From Escherichia coli (lineage in GTDB: Bacteria > Pseudomonadota > Gammaproteobacteria > Enterobacterales > Enterobacteriaceae): a DNA stretch of 64,000 nt. Within the stretch, counting starts at the first letter, position 1, and each line of letters opens with the position of its first letter. The translations under genes were made by a program, and so were the position numbers. The stretch is taken from NCBI RefSeq assembly GCF_048403405.1, contig NZ_CP183129.1. The stretch is one strand, 5' to 3'. Positions 1-11,770 of this stretch are shown here, piece by piece. The notes beneath the pieces are model-generated. The model was not told where the DNA came from. It searched no databases and saw only the letters and a program-made list of their open reading frames with translations.

Positions 1-352
<352 letters not shown>

Positions 353-360
353 TTATCTCC

Positions 361-1359
361 TCATAACGCCTGGATTTTGGCCCACACGCTGTCATCAACG
401 GTGATGCCGTTACGGCGGTTTTCGGCCAGCAGGGTAGTAAATTCGTGGCCGGGTAAGCGGATGGCCTGGTTTTCGTCAGCGCGTTCAGCGGTAGTAACGT
501 AATCCATGATGCGTTGCAGCTTTGCATCGCGGGTGGGGCCGTCGATCAATTTATCCACTTCGATGGCGATAAAGATTTGCGAAACGCCGTATTCGTCGCT
601 GTTGTCCTGGGTGACTTCGGCAACCGATGCGCCGTCGGAAAGGAGAGTGGCGATCATATCCAGCACAATCGACATGCCAGAACCTTTCCAGTAGCCCATC
701 GGTAAAATGCGGCGATTCTTCTCGATAACGCCAGGTTCTTTGGTCAAATTGCCCTCATCATCAAAGCCACCATCGACCGGGAGCTGACGGCCTGCCAGAC
801 GGTTAACTTCTAACATGCCGTAAGAGAACATCGACATCGACATATCGACCATGGTGATTGGGGTAGAAGGAATGGCGACGATCAGCGGGTTGGTGCCGAT
901 GCGACACTCTTTTGCGCCCCACGGCGGCATTACGGCGATGGAGTTGGTCCAGCAAATGCCAATATAGCCTTTTTCCGCCGCCTGCCAGCCGTAGCTGCCG
1001 CCGCGCATCCAGTGGTTGGCATTACGTAGTGCCACCAGACCAATACCATGATCGGCAGCCAGTTCGATGGCGCGATCCATCATCTTTTTCGCTGTCAGGT
1101 TACCGATCGAACGCTGGGCGTCCCACTGTTCAATTGCGCCGAGGCTGGTTATACGTTTGGGTTGGGCATCAGGAATGATATCGCCGTTTTCCAGTTGTTG
1201 AATGAAACGAGGGAAACGGTTGACGCCGTGAGAATAAACGCCGGATTCGGTGGTGCGGGCGAACATCTCGGCACAGGCATCAGCCGTTTCGCTGTCAACG
1301 CCGCGTGAAATTAAGACTCGATTAAAGGCTGCTTTTAACTGCTCAAATGTCACTTTCAT
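361..1359 (-). CDS. yiaK: 2,3-diketo-L-gulonate reductase (332 aa)
   Basis: 332-aa ORF, Ldh_2/malate-lactate dehydrogenase-like sequence recognised as YiaK; divergent from yiaJ. Confidence 0.9.
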   Translation of the reverse strand: MKVTFEQLKAAFNRVLISRGVDSETADACAEMFARTTESGVYSHGVNRFPRFIQQLENGDIIPDAQPKRITSLGAIEQWDAQRSIGNLTAKKMMDRAIELAADHGIGLVALRNANHWMRGGSYGWQAAEKGYIGICWTNSIAVMPPWGAKECRIGTNPLIVAIPSTPITMVDMSMSMFSYGMLEVNRLAGRQLPVDGGFDDEGNLTKEPGVIEKNRRILPMGYWKGSGMSIVLDMIATLLSDGASVAEVTQDNSDEYGVSQIFIAIEVDKLIDGPTRDAKLQRIMDYVTTAERADENQAIRLPGHEFTTLLAENRRNGITVDDSVWAKIQAL

Positions 1360-1559
1360 CCCTGGCTTCCTTGTTTTTTTGATCGCTTTTTTGGCTTAAA
1401 ATTTCAATATACGAAATCTGATTTCAAATATATCGATCGCTTTTTAACAAAGCAATCTGATTGATGAATTTCAAAAAACTTAAAAATCAATTGGTTATAA
1501 ATTATCTGTCGAGATCGTGAACTACGACACACTTTGCGCTACCATCAGGACGCGACAAA

Positions 1560-2408
1560 ATGGGGAAAGAAGTGATGGGAAAAAAAGAGAACGAGATGGC
1601 GCAGGAAAAAGAGCGTCCAGCCGGAAGCCAGAGTCTGTTTCGCGGGTTGATGCTGATTGAGATTTTGAGCAATTATCCAAACGGTTGTCCGTTGGCGCAT
1701 CTTTCGGAACTGGCTGGTTTAAATAAGAGTACCGTCCATCGCTTATTGCAGGGATTACAGTCCTGCGGCTATGTGACCACCGCGCCCGCCGCAGGGAGTT
1801 ACCGCCTGACTACCAAATTTATTGCCGTCGGGCAGAAGGCGCTGTCTTCGCTGAATATCATTCATATCGCCGCTCCGCATCTTGAGGCACTGAACATCGC
1901 CACTGGTGAAACCATTAACTTCTCCAGCCGCGAAGACGATCACGCTATTTTGATTTATAAGCTGGAACCCACAACCGGGATGCTGCGAACCCGTGCCTAT
2001 ATAGGCCAGCATATGCCGCTCTACTGTTCCGCAATGGGCAAGATCTACATGGCGTTTGGTCACCCGGACTACGTGAAGTCATACTGGAAAAGCCATCAGC
2101 ATGAGATCCAGCCGTTAACCCGCAATACCATTACCGAGCTGCCCGCGATGTTCGACGAACTGGCGCACATTCGTGAAAGCGGAGCGGCGATGGACAGAGA
2201 AGAAAACGAACTCGGCGTCTCCTGTATTGCTGTTCCGGTGTTTGATATTCATGGGCGGGTGCCGTACGCCGTGTCGATTTCGCTTTCGACATCACGTCTG
2301 AAACAGGTGGGGGAGAAAAATCTCCTGAAACCACTGCGTGAAACCGCGCAGGCTATTTCTAATGAACTGGGATTTACTGTCAGGGACGACCAGGGCGCGA
2401 TCACATAA
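1560..2408 (+). CDS. yiaJ: IclR-family transcriptional repressor of the yiaK operon (282 aa)
   Basis: 282-aa ORF with N-terminal HTH and IclR effector domain; divergent from yiaK. Confidence 0.85.
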   Translation: MGKEVMGKKENEMAQEKERPAGSQSLFRGLMLIEILSNYPNGCPLAHLSELAGLNKSTVHRLLQGLQSCGYVTTAPAAGSYRLTTKFIAVGQKALSSLNIIHIAAPHLEALNIATGETINFSSREDDHAILIYKLEPTTGMLRTRAYIGQHMPLYCSAMGKIYMAFGHPDYVKSYWKSHQHEIQPLTRNTITELPAMFDELAHIRESGAAMDREENELGVSCIAVPVFDIHGRVPYAVSISLSTSRLKQVGEKNLLKPLRETAQAISNELGFTVRDDQGAIT

Positions 2409-2509
2409 CGCTTTGGACAAGTGCCAAAACTTTAACATTTCCTTCGTTGGATCAAAGCAGTAGAGACGCGCTCTCTGGCACTCTGCTGTTTTAGTGCAAA
2501 GGAGTGATC

Positions 2510-2983
2510 ATGAACCGGTTTATTATTGCGGATGCGACGAAATGTATCGGTTGCCGTACCTGTGAAGTGGCTTGCGCAGTGTCGCATCAGGAGAATCAGG
2601 ATTGCGCTGCGTTGTCACCAGACGAGTTTATTTCCCGTATTCGTGTCATTAAAGACCACACATGGACCACGGCTGTAGCCTGCCATCAGTGTGAAGATGC
2701 ACCGTGCGCGAATGTCTGCCCTGTTGACGCGATAAGCCGCGAACATGGGCATATTTTCGTTGAACAATCACGTTGCATTGGCTGTAAAAGCTGTATGCTG
2801 GCTTGCCCGTTTGGTGCGATGGAGGTCGTTTCTTCGCGCAAAAAGGCGAGGGCGATTAAGTGCGATCTGTGCTGGCATCGGGCGACGGGACCGGCCTGTG
2901 TTGAAGCCTGCCCGACAAAGGCGTTGCAGTGCATGGATGTCGAGAAAGTGCAGCGATATCGGCTACGGCAGCAGCCTGTTTGA
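2510..2983 (+). CDS. ysaA: 4Fe-4S ferredoxin-type protein (157 aa)
   Basis: Multiple CxxCxxCxxxCP motifs; second ATG chosen to give 157 aa. Confidence 0.8.
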   Translation: MNRFIIADATKCIGCRTCEVACAVSHQENQDCAALSPDEFISRIRVIKDHTWTTAVACHQCEDAPCANVCPVDAISREHGHIFVEQSRCIGCKSCMLACPFGAMEVVSSRKKARAIKCDLCWHRATGPACVEACPTKALQCMDVEKVQRYRLRQQPV

Positions 2984-3021
2984 AACGTTTTTCCGGCGTT
3001 TCTCAACGCCGGAATAGCGTA

Positions 3022-4275
3022 TTAATGGCTTTCAGCCCAGGCTCTTTCTATCTCTTCCGCCAGAATCTTCACTCCCGCCTCAATTTTCTCCGGCTCCGGC
3101 ACGTAGTTCATGCGCATACATTGATGTGTATGTGGCCACGGTTTATCCAGCCCTGGGAAGAAGTTGTGCCCCGGCACCATCAGCACGCCCCGTGCTTTCA
3201 GGCGCTGGTAGAGCTGCTCGGTCGTAATTGGCAAATCCTTAAACCATAGCCAGAGGAAAATGGCTCCTTCCGGTTTATGAATCAGGCAGCGATCTTCCGG
3301 TAAATAGCGGCGAATGATAGCGATAGTTTCCTGAACACGCTGGTAGTAAAACGGTTTGATGACTGTTTCAGACAGGCGCAGCAGATCGTTACGCTTAATC
3401 ATTTCACACATCATCGCCGGACCAATACCGCCAGGTGCCAGGCTGATAATGCCGTTCATATTGGTGATGGCGGTGATGATTTTTTCATTGGCGATGATAA
3501 TGCCGCAGCGGGAGCCAGGTAGCCCCAGCTTAGAAAGACTCATGCACAGTACGATATTCGGATTCCACAGCGGGCGCGCTTCGCTGAAGATGATACCCGG
3601 GAACGGGACGCCATAAGCGTTATCAATCACTAGCGGAATGCCGTGTTGATTCGCCAGCGCGTCAAGCTTCAGCAACTCTTCGTCAGTAATCACATTGCCT
3701 GTTGGATTCGTCGGCCGGGAGACGCAAATCATCCCGGTTTCTTCGCCAATATGCAGATGCTCAAAATCGACGTGGTATTTAAACTGGCCTTCCGGCAGCA
3801 GTTCAATATTCGGACGCGCAGAGACAAACAGATCTTCTTCCAGTCCGGCGTCAGCGTAGCCAATGTATTCCGGTGCCAGCGGGAACAGCACTTTTTTGAC
3901 CCGACCATCGGCACGGCGTCCGGCAAACAGATTAAATAAGTAGAAAAACGCGCTCTGGCTGCCGTTTGTTAGTGCAATATTCTGTGGTTCGATATCCCAA
4001 CCCAACTTCTCGCGCAGCATTCCGGCAAGCAGTGTGAGTAGCTCCGTTTTCCCCTGTGGACCGTCGTAATTGCACAGTGCATCAGTCGCTTTGCCACTTT
4101 CCAGCATGTCGGTCAGTAGCGTCTGGAAGTAGTCCTGCATTTCCGGGATCTGCGCTGGATTACCGCCGCCGAGCATAATCGCGCCAGGCGTGCGTAAACC
4201 GTCGTTCAGATCTTCCATCAGCAGCGTAATGCCGGAGTGGCGGGTAAATTTGTCACCAAAAAGGGAGAATGTCAT
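3022..4275 (-). CDS. avtA: valine-pyruvate aminotransferase (417 aa)
   Basis: ORF extends to 4380, but the internal ATG at 4273-4275 (MTFSLFGDKF) gives the recognised 417-aa AvtA; class I aminotransferase motifs. Confidence 0.88.
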   Translation of the reverse strand: MTFSLFGDKFTRHSGITLLMEDLNDGLRTPGAIMLGGGNPAQIPEMQDYFQTLLTDMLESGKATDALCNYDGPQGKTELLTLLAGMLREKLGWDIEPQNIALTNGSQSAFFYLFNLFAGRRADGRVKKVLFPLAPEYIGYADAGLEEDLFVSARPNIELLPEGQFKYHVDFEHLHIGEETGMICVSRPTNPTGNVITDEELLKLDALANQHGIPLVIDNAYGVPFPGIIFSEARPLWNPNIVLCMSLSKLGLPGSRCGIIIANEKIITAITNMNGIISLAPGGIGPAMMCEMIKRNDLLRLSETVIKPFYYQRVQETIAIIRRYLPEDRCLIHKPEGAIFLWLWFKDLPITTEQLYQRLKARGVLMVPGHNFFPGLDKPWPHTHQCMRMNYVPEPEKIEAGVKILAEEIERAWAESH

Positions 4276-4452
4276 AGCGGGATATCTGTCGAACTCTGTA
4301 GCAAGGAAGGTAACAATAACGCTACATTTGCTGGGGTGCAAATCGCTCTGTTGAAGAGGGAGCGGTGCTTTATCCTGCAACGCTGATTAGAGCTGACATT
4401 TTATCCTGGTTGGCGGCTTCCCGAGGTACTGACGAACGGGAAGCCGGAAAAG

Positions 4453-6483
4453 TCACTGTTGCCCAGCCCAGATGACCAGCACTTTATCGTCGCCATGCTC
4501 ACGAACAAAGCCGTAGCCCTGCTTCAGCGAAAGTGTCGTTTGTTTGCCCTCGCCAATTGCGGGATGGCGGGCGCGGAACTGGCTGATTTTCTGCCAGTGC
4601 GCGACGCTGGCGGCAGATTTACCGCTAACATCCTGCCAGTTCATATCCGAACGCGTACCTTGCAGCGGATCCGAACCGGTGGGGCCGAACGGACGCGAGG
4701 ATTCATCACCATAAAAGATTTGTACCGCGCCTGGCGCTAATAATAATAACTCTGCTGCTTTGTCGCCCCCTTCACGGAACAGGCGGGTATCATGCGATGA
4801 GAGGTAGCTCAACACGTTGAAATCCTGCAATTTCTCCGCCATTTGCTGCCAGGTCGTATCCATCTGCGCCAGACAATCGACTGCTTTAGCCGCCTGCTCC
4901 TGATAATCGAAATTGATCATCGCATCGAAGCCGTGGCGATAGTAATCACTTTGCATCACGCCGTGGCCCCAGGCTTCACCGGTCATCCAGAACGGTTTGT
5001 CATCTAATGTTTTGTCGGGGTTAGCTTTTTTCCATTCGCGAAGTGCGGCGCTGGCTTCGGATTTCAGTTGCTGCCAGGCGGGCAACTCAACATGTTTGGC
5101 GGTGTCGACCCGAAAACCATCAATCCCATAGTCGCGGACCCACTGACTTAACCAGTGGGTTAAGTAATCGCGAGGGGTAAAGCCGTCGATGACTTTAGCG
5201 TGGGTATCCGTTTTGTTTTTATAGAACACCGGCAGACCAGAAGCGGTCGTTGATTCGGTTTTGATATCCGGCAAAAAGGCCAGCGACATAGTGAGATCGT
5301 CGAATCCAGGATTGTCGTAATCGCCGATATCGGTTCTGATCCAGTTTTTTCCCCACCATTTATCCCAGCCTGTTTTGTCGCTGAAATTAATGTAATCGTT
5401 AAAGCTATGCCAGGTTTGCCCGGCGGCAGGTTTCCAGTCGCTCCAGCGTTCACCCAACGTTTTTTTCACTTCGTCACCAGAAAGATATAACGCGCCAAAC
5501 TGATACTCCTGCATATCCGCCAGCGTGGCATAGCCAGTGTGGTTCATCACGACATCAAAGAGAATACGAATACCGCGCTGATGTGCGTTATCAACCAGCG
5601 TCCGTAGATCGGCTTCGCTGCCCATATTGGCATCAAGATTCGTCCAGTCCTGTGTGTAATAACCGTGGTAGGCATAATGCGGGAAGTCGCCTTTTGTACC
5701 GCCGCCGACCCAGCCGTGAATTTGCTCAAATGGGGCGCTTATCCATAAAGCATTGACGCCCAACTGCTTGAGGTAATCCAGTTTGTTGGTCAGGCCGAGT
5801 AAATCACCACCGTGGAAAGTGCCAATTTCTGCCATACCGTCTTTATGACGTCCGTAACTCTGGTCATTACTGGGATCGCCGTTTTCGAAACGATCTGTCA
5901 GCACAAAGTAAACTGTGGCGTTATGCCAGTCAAAAGGGGCAGGGGCGTCAGTTTCTGCCCGTTCCAGCAGGAGTAAACCGTTGCTGGTGGCAGCGGGTTG
6001 TAACGTTATTTGACCGTTCTTCACTATCGCAATTTGCTGGCTGTAATAATCCCGGACTGCGGCTCCCTCCGGAAAAGTGGCGCTGACATCCAGTGTGAGC
6101 GGTAATCCATCCCATTTCGGGCATTCACGGACCAGGCTTGCTACCGGTTCGACGGCGTTCTGGATGGAAATCATCAATGTTGGTGTACCGGAGCGGGTGT
6201 CTATTTGCAGTGTATATTCGCCGTCCCTGAACAATCGCCATTGAGGCGGCGTGTTGCTACAAGGTTGCAGGGAAAGCATCTGATTGAGTTTTATCGCATC
6301 CACAGGCTGCCAGCACTGTTGGTCAAAATTTAGCGTTAGTGGACGCGTACCTTTGGGCAACTGCGCGTGGCTGACAAATGTTCCCGTCCCCTGTTCGCTA
6401 AAGGCGGGAAACCCCGGAGAAGTCCAGCTGGCGGCAACGGCGAAGCCAGGAAGGAGTGTCAGAAAACAGGCGGCGAGTTTCAT
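4453..6483 (-). CDS. malS: periplasmic alpha-amylase (676 aa) with signal peptide
   Basis: 676-aa ORF, N-terminal signal peptide MKLAACFLTLLPGFAVA, GH13 alpha-amylase motifs. Confidence 0.9.
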   Translation of the reverse strand: MKLAACFLTLLPGFAVAASWTSPGFPAFSEQGTGTFVSHAQLPKGTRPLTLNFDQQCWQPVDAIKLNQMLSLQPCSNTPPQWRLFRDGEYTLQIDTRSGTPTLMISIQNAVEPVASLVRECPKWDGLPLTLDVSATFPEGAAVRDYYSQQIAIVKNGQITLQPAATSNGLLLLERAETDAPAPFDWHNATVYFVLTDRFENGDPSNDQSYGRHKDGMAEIGTFHGGDLLGLTNKLDYLKQLGVNALWISAPFEQIHGWVGGGTKGDFPHYAYHGYYTQDWTNLDANMGSEADLRTLVDNAHQRGIRILFDVVMNHTGYATLADMQEYQFGALYLSGDEVKKTLGERWSDWKPAAGQTWHSFNDYINFSDKTGWDKWWGKNWIRTDIGDYDNPGFDDLTMSLAFLPDIKTESTTASGLPVFYKNKTDTHAKVIDGFTPRDYLTHWLSQWVRDYGIDGFRVDTAKHVELPAWQQLKSEASAALREWKKANPDKTLDDKPFWMTGEAWGHGVMQSDYYRHGFDAMINFDYQEQAAKAVDCLAQMDTTWQQMAEKLQDFNVLSYLSSHDTRLFREGGDKAAELLLLAPGAVQIFYGDESSRPFGPTGSDPLQGTRSDMNWQDVSGKSAASVAHWQKISQFRARHPAIGEGKQTTLSLKQGYGFVREHGDDKVLVIWAGQQ

Positions 6484-6804
6484 GGCGGATGAGTCCTTAT
6501 TGCTGCGATTTCAGACAGTTTGCCAGCGATAAACCAGACAAAACTCATCCCTGAGCGGTAAGTCCACAGGATGAGAAGCAAGGGTGAGCGATCGCGCGCA
6601 AAAAACGGCTGAATTTTGCGATAAACCCCACATTTTCTGCGATTTAGCGCCAATCTGAATCGTTAACTCGTGACATAGTTTCAGATTTGGACTATTCCTT
6701 GGGGTGCTCTTGACAGCTATTTTTGATATGATTTGAGATTCAACTCTCAAATTTGTAAAAAAAATATAAGGTGTTGGAATGATTAAATCCAACCAGGAGA
6801 CCTG

Positions 6805-7629
6805 ATGATTTTGACTCCCATACGACGATATGGGGCGATGATTCTTATGTTACTCACTCTGGTGTTTTCGAGTGAGGTGTTAGCGAAGACGCACACAACA
6901 ACAGCGAGTCAAAAGTCCCACTTAACTAAAGCTAGTAATAAACAGGTAAGCAGTAAACAAGAGTATTCTCGCAATAGTGCAAAGAGTAGTTCACTTCCTG
7001 ATTTGCGAAAATACCCTTCCGGAACACCAAGGAAAAAGGCGTTTCTCCGGACTGTAATGCCTTACATTACCAGCCAAAATGCGGCCATTACTGCGGAACG
7101 TAACTGGCTCATTTCAAAACAGTATCAGGGCCAATGGTCACCTGCTGAGCGTGCGCGTCTGAAAGACATCGCCAAACGCTACAAGGTGAAGTGGTCTGGT
7201 AATACGCGAAAAATCCCGTGGAATACCTTGCTTGAACGCGTAGACATTATCCCTACCAGTATGGTGGCGACGATGGCTGCAGCAGAAAGCGGTTGGGGAA
7301 CGTCAAAGCTGGCGCGCAACAACAACAATCTGTTCGGCATGAAATGCATGAAAGGACGTTGTACCAATGCGCCGGGTAAAGTGAAAGGGTACTCACAGTT
7401 TAGTTCTGTCAAAGAATCGGTGAGCGCCTATGTCACTAACCTGAATACGCACCCGGCTTACTCTTCGTTCCGTAAATCGCGTGCACAGCTGCGTAAAGCG
7501 GATCAGGAAGTGACTGCCACAGCGATGATTCACAAGCTGAAGGGCTACTCGACCAAAGGGAAGAGTTATAACAACTACTTGTTCGCAATGTACCAGGATA
7601 ACCAACGGTTAATCGCGGCGCATATGTAA
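6805..7629 (+). CDS. bax: Bax protein (274 aa), putative glucosaminidase-domain protein
   Basis: 274-aa ORF with signal peptide; synteny between malS and xylR. Confidence 0.8.
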   Translation: MILTPIRRYGAMILMLLTLVFSSEVLAKTHTTTASQKSHLTKASNKQVSSKQEYSRNSAKSSSLPDLRKYPSGTPRKKAFLRTVMPYITSQNAAITAERNWLISKQYQGQWSPAERARLKDIAKRYKVKWSGNTRKIPWNTLLERVDIIPTSMVATMAAAESGWGTSKLARNNNNLFGMKCMKGRCTNAPGKVKGYSQFSSVKESVSAYVTNLNTHPAYSSFRKSRAQLRKADQEVTATAMIHKLKGYSTKGKSYNNYLFAMYQDNQRLIAAHM

Positions 7630-7643
7630 TTGCATTTCCTCGA

Positions 7644-7678
7644 GCCTTATCCGACTTGCCAGTCGGATAAGGCTTTTG
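7644..7678 (+). terminator. rho-independent terminator after bax
   Basis: Perfect 12-bp inverted repeat gccttatccgac / gtcggataaggc with 6-nt loop followed by TTTTG. Confidence 0.6.
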
Positions 7679-7680
7679 CT

Positions 7681-7714
7681 CGCATCAGGTGGTTGTGCTG
7701 AGTTACCTGATGCG
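7681..7714. repeat. REP-like palindromic element between bax and xylR
   Basis: Inverted repeat cgcatcagg ... cctgatgcg containing the REP-type motif cctgatgcgacgc. Confidence 0.4.
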
Positions 7715-7736
7715 ACGCCGACAATTCTCATCATCG

Positions 7737-8915
7737 CTACAACATGACCTCGCTATTTACATCGCGATACTCTTTTGGCGTCGTGTCATATGCTTTTTTA
7801 AAAACAGAGTAGAAATATTGCAGCGATGGATAACCGCACATTTGCGATATCTCATTGATCGACAAGGTGGTTGAAATCAGCAGACTGCGCGCTTTCTCCA
7901 GCTTCTCGGCATGAATCATGGCATGGATGGTTTCCCCCACCTCTTCTTTAAAACGCTTCTCAAGATTGGAGCGCGAGATCCCGACCGCATCCAGTACCTG
8001 ATCCACTTTAATCCCTTTACAGGCGTGATTACGAATGTAATGCATGGCCTGAATAACGGCGGGATCGGTCAGCGAGCGGTAATCTGTTGAGCGCCGTTCA
8101 ATGACGCGAACTGGTGGGACCAAAATCCGCTGTAGCGGCATTTCTTCTTTATCTAATAATCGATGCAACAGTTTTGCCGCCTGATAGCCCATTTGCCGTG
8201 CGCCCTGAGCGACCGAAGAAAGGGCGACACGCGACAGATAGCGGGTCAGTTCTTCGTTATCGATGCCAATCACGCATAATTTTTCCGGTACGGGAATGTG
8301 TAGATGTTCACATACTTGCAGAATATGCCGCGCCCGGGCGTCAGTAACGGCAATAATCCCGGTTTGCGGTGGCAGCGTTTGTAGCCAGTCTGCCAGCCGA
8401 TTTTGCGCGTGTTGCCAGTTCTCTGGCGCGGTTTCTAACCCCTGATAAACCACTCCGCGATACTTTTCTTCGGCGACAAGCTGACGAAATGCATATTCGC
8501 GTTCAGTGGCCCAACGTTTACCGCTTGATTCCGGAAGACCATAAAAAGCAAAGCGGTTAACGCCTTTCTCTTTTAAATGCAAAAATGCGCTTTCAACCAG
8601 CGCATAGTTATCGGTGGCAATGTAATGAACGGGTGGGTAACTTTCGGCAAGGTGATACGAGCCACCAACCCCAACAATGGGGACGTCGACATCAGCCAGC
8701 GCTTGCTCGATTTGTTTGTCGTCGAAGTCGGCAATGACGCCATCTCCTAACCAGTCCTTGATTTTATCAATGCGGGCGCGGAAATCTTCTTCAATGAAAA
8801 TATCCCATTCCGATTGTGACGCCTGTAAATATTCCCCTACGCCTTCTACTACCTGCCGGTCATAGGCTTTATTGGCATTGAACAGTAATGTGATGCGGTG
8901 ACGTTTAGTAAACAT
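7737..8915 (-). CDS. xylR: xylose operon activator, AraC family (392 aa)
   Basis: 392-aa ORF; periplasmic-binding-like N-domain plus C-terminal AraC HTH; adjacent to xylFGH. Confidence 0.9.
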   Translation of the reverse strand: MFTKRHRITLLFNANKAYDRQVVEGVGEYLQASQSEWDIFIEEDFRARIDKIKDWLGDGVIADFDDKQIEQALADVDVPIVGVGGSYHLAESYPPVHYIATDNYALVESAFLHLKEKGVNRFAFYGLPESSGKRWATEREYAFRQLVAEEKYRGVVYQGLETAPENWQHAQNRLADWLQTLPPQTGIIAVTDARARHILQVCEHLHIPVPEKLCVIGIDNEELTRYLSRVALSSVAQGARQMGYQAAKLLHRLLDKEEMPLQRILVPPVRVIERRSTDYRSLTDPAVIQAMHYIRNHACKGIKVDQVLDAVGISRSNLEKRFKEEVGETIHAMIHAEKLEKARSLLISTTLSINEISQMCGYPSLQYFYSVFKKAYDTTPKEYRDVNSEVML

Positions 8916-8992
8916 GGTTCTTTTCCTGCTGAATCATGCAAAAACTCAAAACCGGTAATACGTTACCGGCTTTGAGAAAATTTTTATCAAAA

Positions 8993-10174
8993 TCAAGAAC
9001 GGCGTTTGGTTGCGGAGTCCATCCATACTGCCAGCAACAGAATCGCACCTTTAACGATATACTGCCAGAAGGTCGGTACATCCATCATACTCATGCCGTT
9101 ATCCAGTGAAGCCATGATGAATGCCCCCATAACCGCTCCGGCCACGCTCCCGACGCCGCCTGCCAGACTGGTGCCGCCAATCACACATGCGGCAATTGCG
9201 TCCAGTTCGGCGATATTTCCCGCAGAAGGTGAACCAGCGCCAAGTCGAGAACTGAGGATTAATCCGGCGATAGCGACCATTAATCCGTTAATAGCGAATA
9301 CGGCAAGTTTGGTGCGTTCAACGTTAATCCCGGAGAGACGTGCTGCTTCCAGATTGCCGCCGATGGCATAAATGCGTCGTCCAAATGCCGTCCGCGTTGC
9401 CATAAACATTCCGCCGAGTAACAGCAACGTCAGCATCAGAACAGGAGTGGGAACGCCACGGTAATCGTTCAACAGCCAGATTGCGCCTAAGACGATAATC
9501 GCCGTTAATGCCTGGCGACCGACAACTGCGGTAGAGGCCGGAGACTGCAAACCCAAAGCCTGACGGCGCATTCTTCCGCGCCATTGCCAGCCAACAAAAG
9601 CCATTAAGCCAAGCGCGCCAATGATGAAGCCGGTGCTGGCGGGTAGATAGCTTTGCCCGATTTGTGACATCGCGGCGCTGGTGGGGGAAACAGTCGTGCC
9701 GTTGGTGATGCCAATGAGTATGCCGCGAAATGCCAACATGCCCGCGAGGGTGACAATAAATGAAGGGACTTTGCGGTACGCGACCCACCATCCGTTCCAG
9801 GCACCGAGAAGCAGTCCCAGAACCAAAGTCACAATGATGGTAAGTGGCAAAGGCCAGCCTAGCCAGACGTCACAAATCGCCGCGACGCCACCTAATAGCC
9901 CCATCATTGAGCCGACGGAAAGGTCGATTTCAGCAGAAATTATGACGAACACCATTCCTACCGCGAGGATGCCGGTAATCGCGGTCTGGCGTAACAGGTT
10001 GGAGACGTTACGAGCGCTTAAGTAGGCACCATCGGTGGTCCAGGTAAAGAACAGCATGATTGCGATGATAGCTGCAATCATCACGAAGACCTGCAAATTC
10101 AGTGACTTCAACCCGGAAAAGCCACCGGATGTCGGTACGGCCAATTTCACTTCAGACGGATTGCTTTTCGACAT
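8993..10174 (-). CDS. xylH: xylose ABC transporter permease (393 aa)
   Basis: Polytopic membrane ORF; overlaps xylG stop by 23 bp. Confidence 0.9.
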   Translation of the reverse strand: MSKSNPSEVKLAVPTSGGFSGLKSLNLQVFVMIAAIIAIMLFFTWTTDGAYLSARNVSNLLRQTAITGILAVGMVFVIISAEIDLSVGSMMGLLGGVAAICDVWLGWPLPLTIIVTLVLGLLLGAWNGWWVAYRKVPSFIVTLAGMLAFRGILIGITNGTTVSPTSAAMSQIGQSYLPASTGFIIGALGLMAFVGWQWRGRMRRQALGLQSPASTAVVGRQALTAIIVLGAIWLLNDYRGVPTPVLMLTLLLLGGMFMATRTAFGRRIYAIGGNLEAARLSGINVERTKLAVFAINGLMVAIAGLILSSRLGAGSPSAGNIAELDAIAACVIGGTSLAGGVGSVAGAVMGAFIMASLDNGMSMMDVPTFWQYIVKGAILLLAVWMDSATKRRS

Positions 10175-11693
10175 GATGTTCGCTCCTCAATGCGGCTTCC
10201 ATCACCTGCTCCTGAGTCAGGTTATGATTTATCAGGTTGGCTTTTAGTTTCCCTTCATGCATCACCAGTACACGATCGCTAAGGCCGAGCACTTCAGGTA
10301 ATTCGGAAGAGATGACAATAACGGCAATACCCTGCTGGACGAGTTGGTTAATTAATTTGTAGATCTCGTATTTCGCGCCAATATCGATACCCCTGGTGGG
10401 CTCATCAAGAATGAGAATGCGCGGGTTGAGTAACAGGCAGCGAGCGAGGATCGCTTTTTGCTGATTACCGCCGCTCAAACGTCCAATAGCAAGGTCGGGG
10501 GACGACGTTTTAACTTTGAGTTGCTGGATTGATTCCAGAATACATTTTTGCTCTGCCGCGTCATCAAGCTGGCTAATACCGCCGGTAAATTTATTGAGTG
10601 CGGCGAGGGTAATATTTTTACCAACCGCCATTACCGGAACGATGCCGTCGCGCTTTCTGTCTTCGGGTACCATCGCAATCCCCTGGGCGATGGCTTGCTG
10701 ACAATTACGAATATCTACCTGTTTGCCATCAATATAAATTTTTCCTTCCCATTGTCCGGGCCACACGCCAAACAGGCACTGAATGGTCTCTGTACGTCCG
10801 GCACCAACGAGTCCGGCAATACCTAATATTTCGCCACGTTTCAGGGAAAACGAGACATCATTAACTCGTTTAATATGACGATTAACCGGATGGCATGCCG
10901 TCAGATGTTCAATACGTAATATTTCATCTCCGGTGGTATGTGGTTCATTAGGGTAAAGCGCGGTTAACTCTCGCCCGACCATCATGGTGATAATATCGTC
11001 TTCACTCATTCCGGCAGCATCACGCGTACCAATGTGCTGACCGTCGCGAATAACGCAAATCGTATCGGAAATCGCTTTGACTTCGTTGAGTTTGTGCGAA
11101 ATATAAATACAGGCGATACCGTGCTGTTGCAGATCGCGAATAATATCCAGTAAAACCGACGTTTCCTGCTCAGTTAATGAGGCTGTCGGTTCATCGAGAA
11201 TTAACAAACGCACCTGTTTATTAAGTGCCTTGGCAATTTCAACCAGTTGTTGTTGCCCAAGCCCTAAATCGCCAACGCGGGTATCGGGTGAAATGGATAA
11301 ACTGACCTGTGCGAGCAGCTTCTGACAGCGTAGCGTCATCAGGTCATAATCCATAATGCCATTGTGGGTTATTTCGTTACCCAGGAAGATATTTTCCAGC
11401 ACGGTCAATTCTTTCACCAGGGCCAATTCCTGGTGAATGATGGCGATACCTTTGCGTTCGGTATCGCGGATGTGACTCGCCTGAATCTCTTCTCCCGTAA
11501 AAATAATTTCGCCTTCGTAGGAGCCATGGGGGTAAATACCACACAGCACTTTCATCAGCGTTGATTTACCAGACCCATTTTCCCCACAGAGTGAGACGAT
11601 TTCGCCAGCATTCAACCGCAAGCTGACGTTATCAATCGCCTTCACACTGCCGAAGGTTTTGGTAATGTTCTTCATTTCAAGTAGATAAGGCAT
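10152..11693 (-). CDS. xylG: xylose ABC transporter ATP-binding protein, duplicated ABC domains (513 aa)
   Basis: Two Walker A motifs ([18 protein letters not shown]) and ABC signature LSGGNQQK. Confidence 0.9.
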   Translation of the reverse strand: MPYLLEMKNITKTFGSVKAIDNVSLRLNAGEIVSLCGENGSGKSTLMKVLCGIYPHGSYEGEIIFTGEEIQASHIRDTERKGIAIIHQELALVKELTVLENIFLGNEITHNGIMDYDLMTLRCQKLLAQVSLSISPDTRVGDLGLGQQQLVEIAKALNKQVRLLILDEPTASLTEQETSVLLDIIRDLQQHGIACIYISHKLNEVKAISDTICVIRDGQHIGTRDAAGMSEDDIITMMVGRELTALYPNEPHTTGDEILRIEHLTACHPVNRHIKRVNDVSFSLKRGEILGIAGLVGAGRTETIQCLFGVWPGQWEGKIYIDGKQVDIRNCQQAIAQGIAMVPEDRKRDGIVPVMAVGKNITLAALNKFTGGISQLDDAAEQKCILESIQQLKVKTSSPDLAIGRLSGGNQQKAILARCLLLNPRILILDEPTRGIDIGAKYEIYKLINQLVQQGIAVIVISSELPEVLGLSDRVLVMHEGKLKANLINHNLTQEQVMEAALRSEHHVEKQSV

Positions 11694-11770
11694 AACGACT
11701 CCACCTAAGCCAATTCATTCACGCGGCATGGAGAGAAATCACGCCCCCGCTCCTCGCCGGGGCGTAACGC

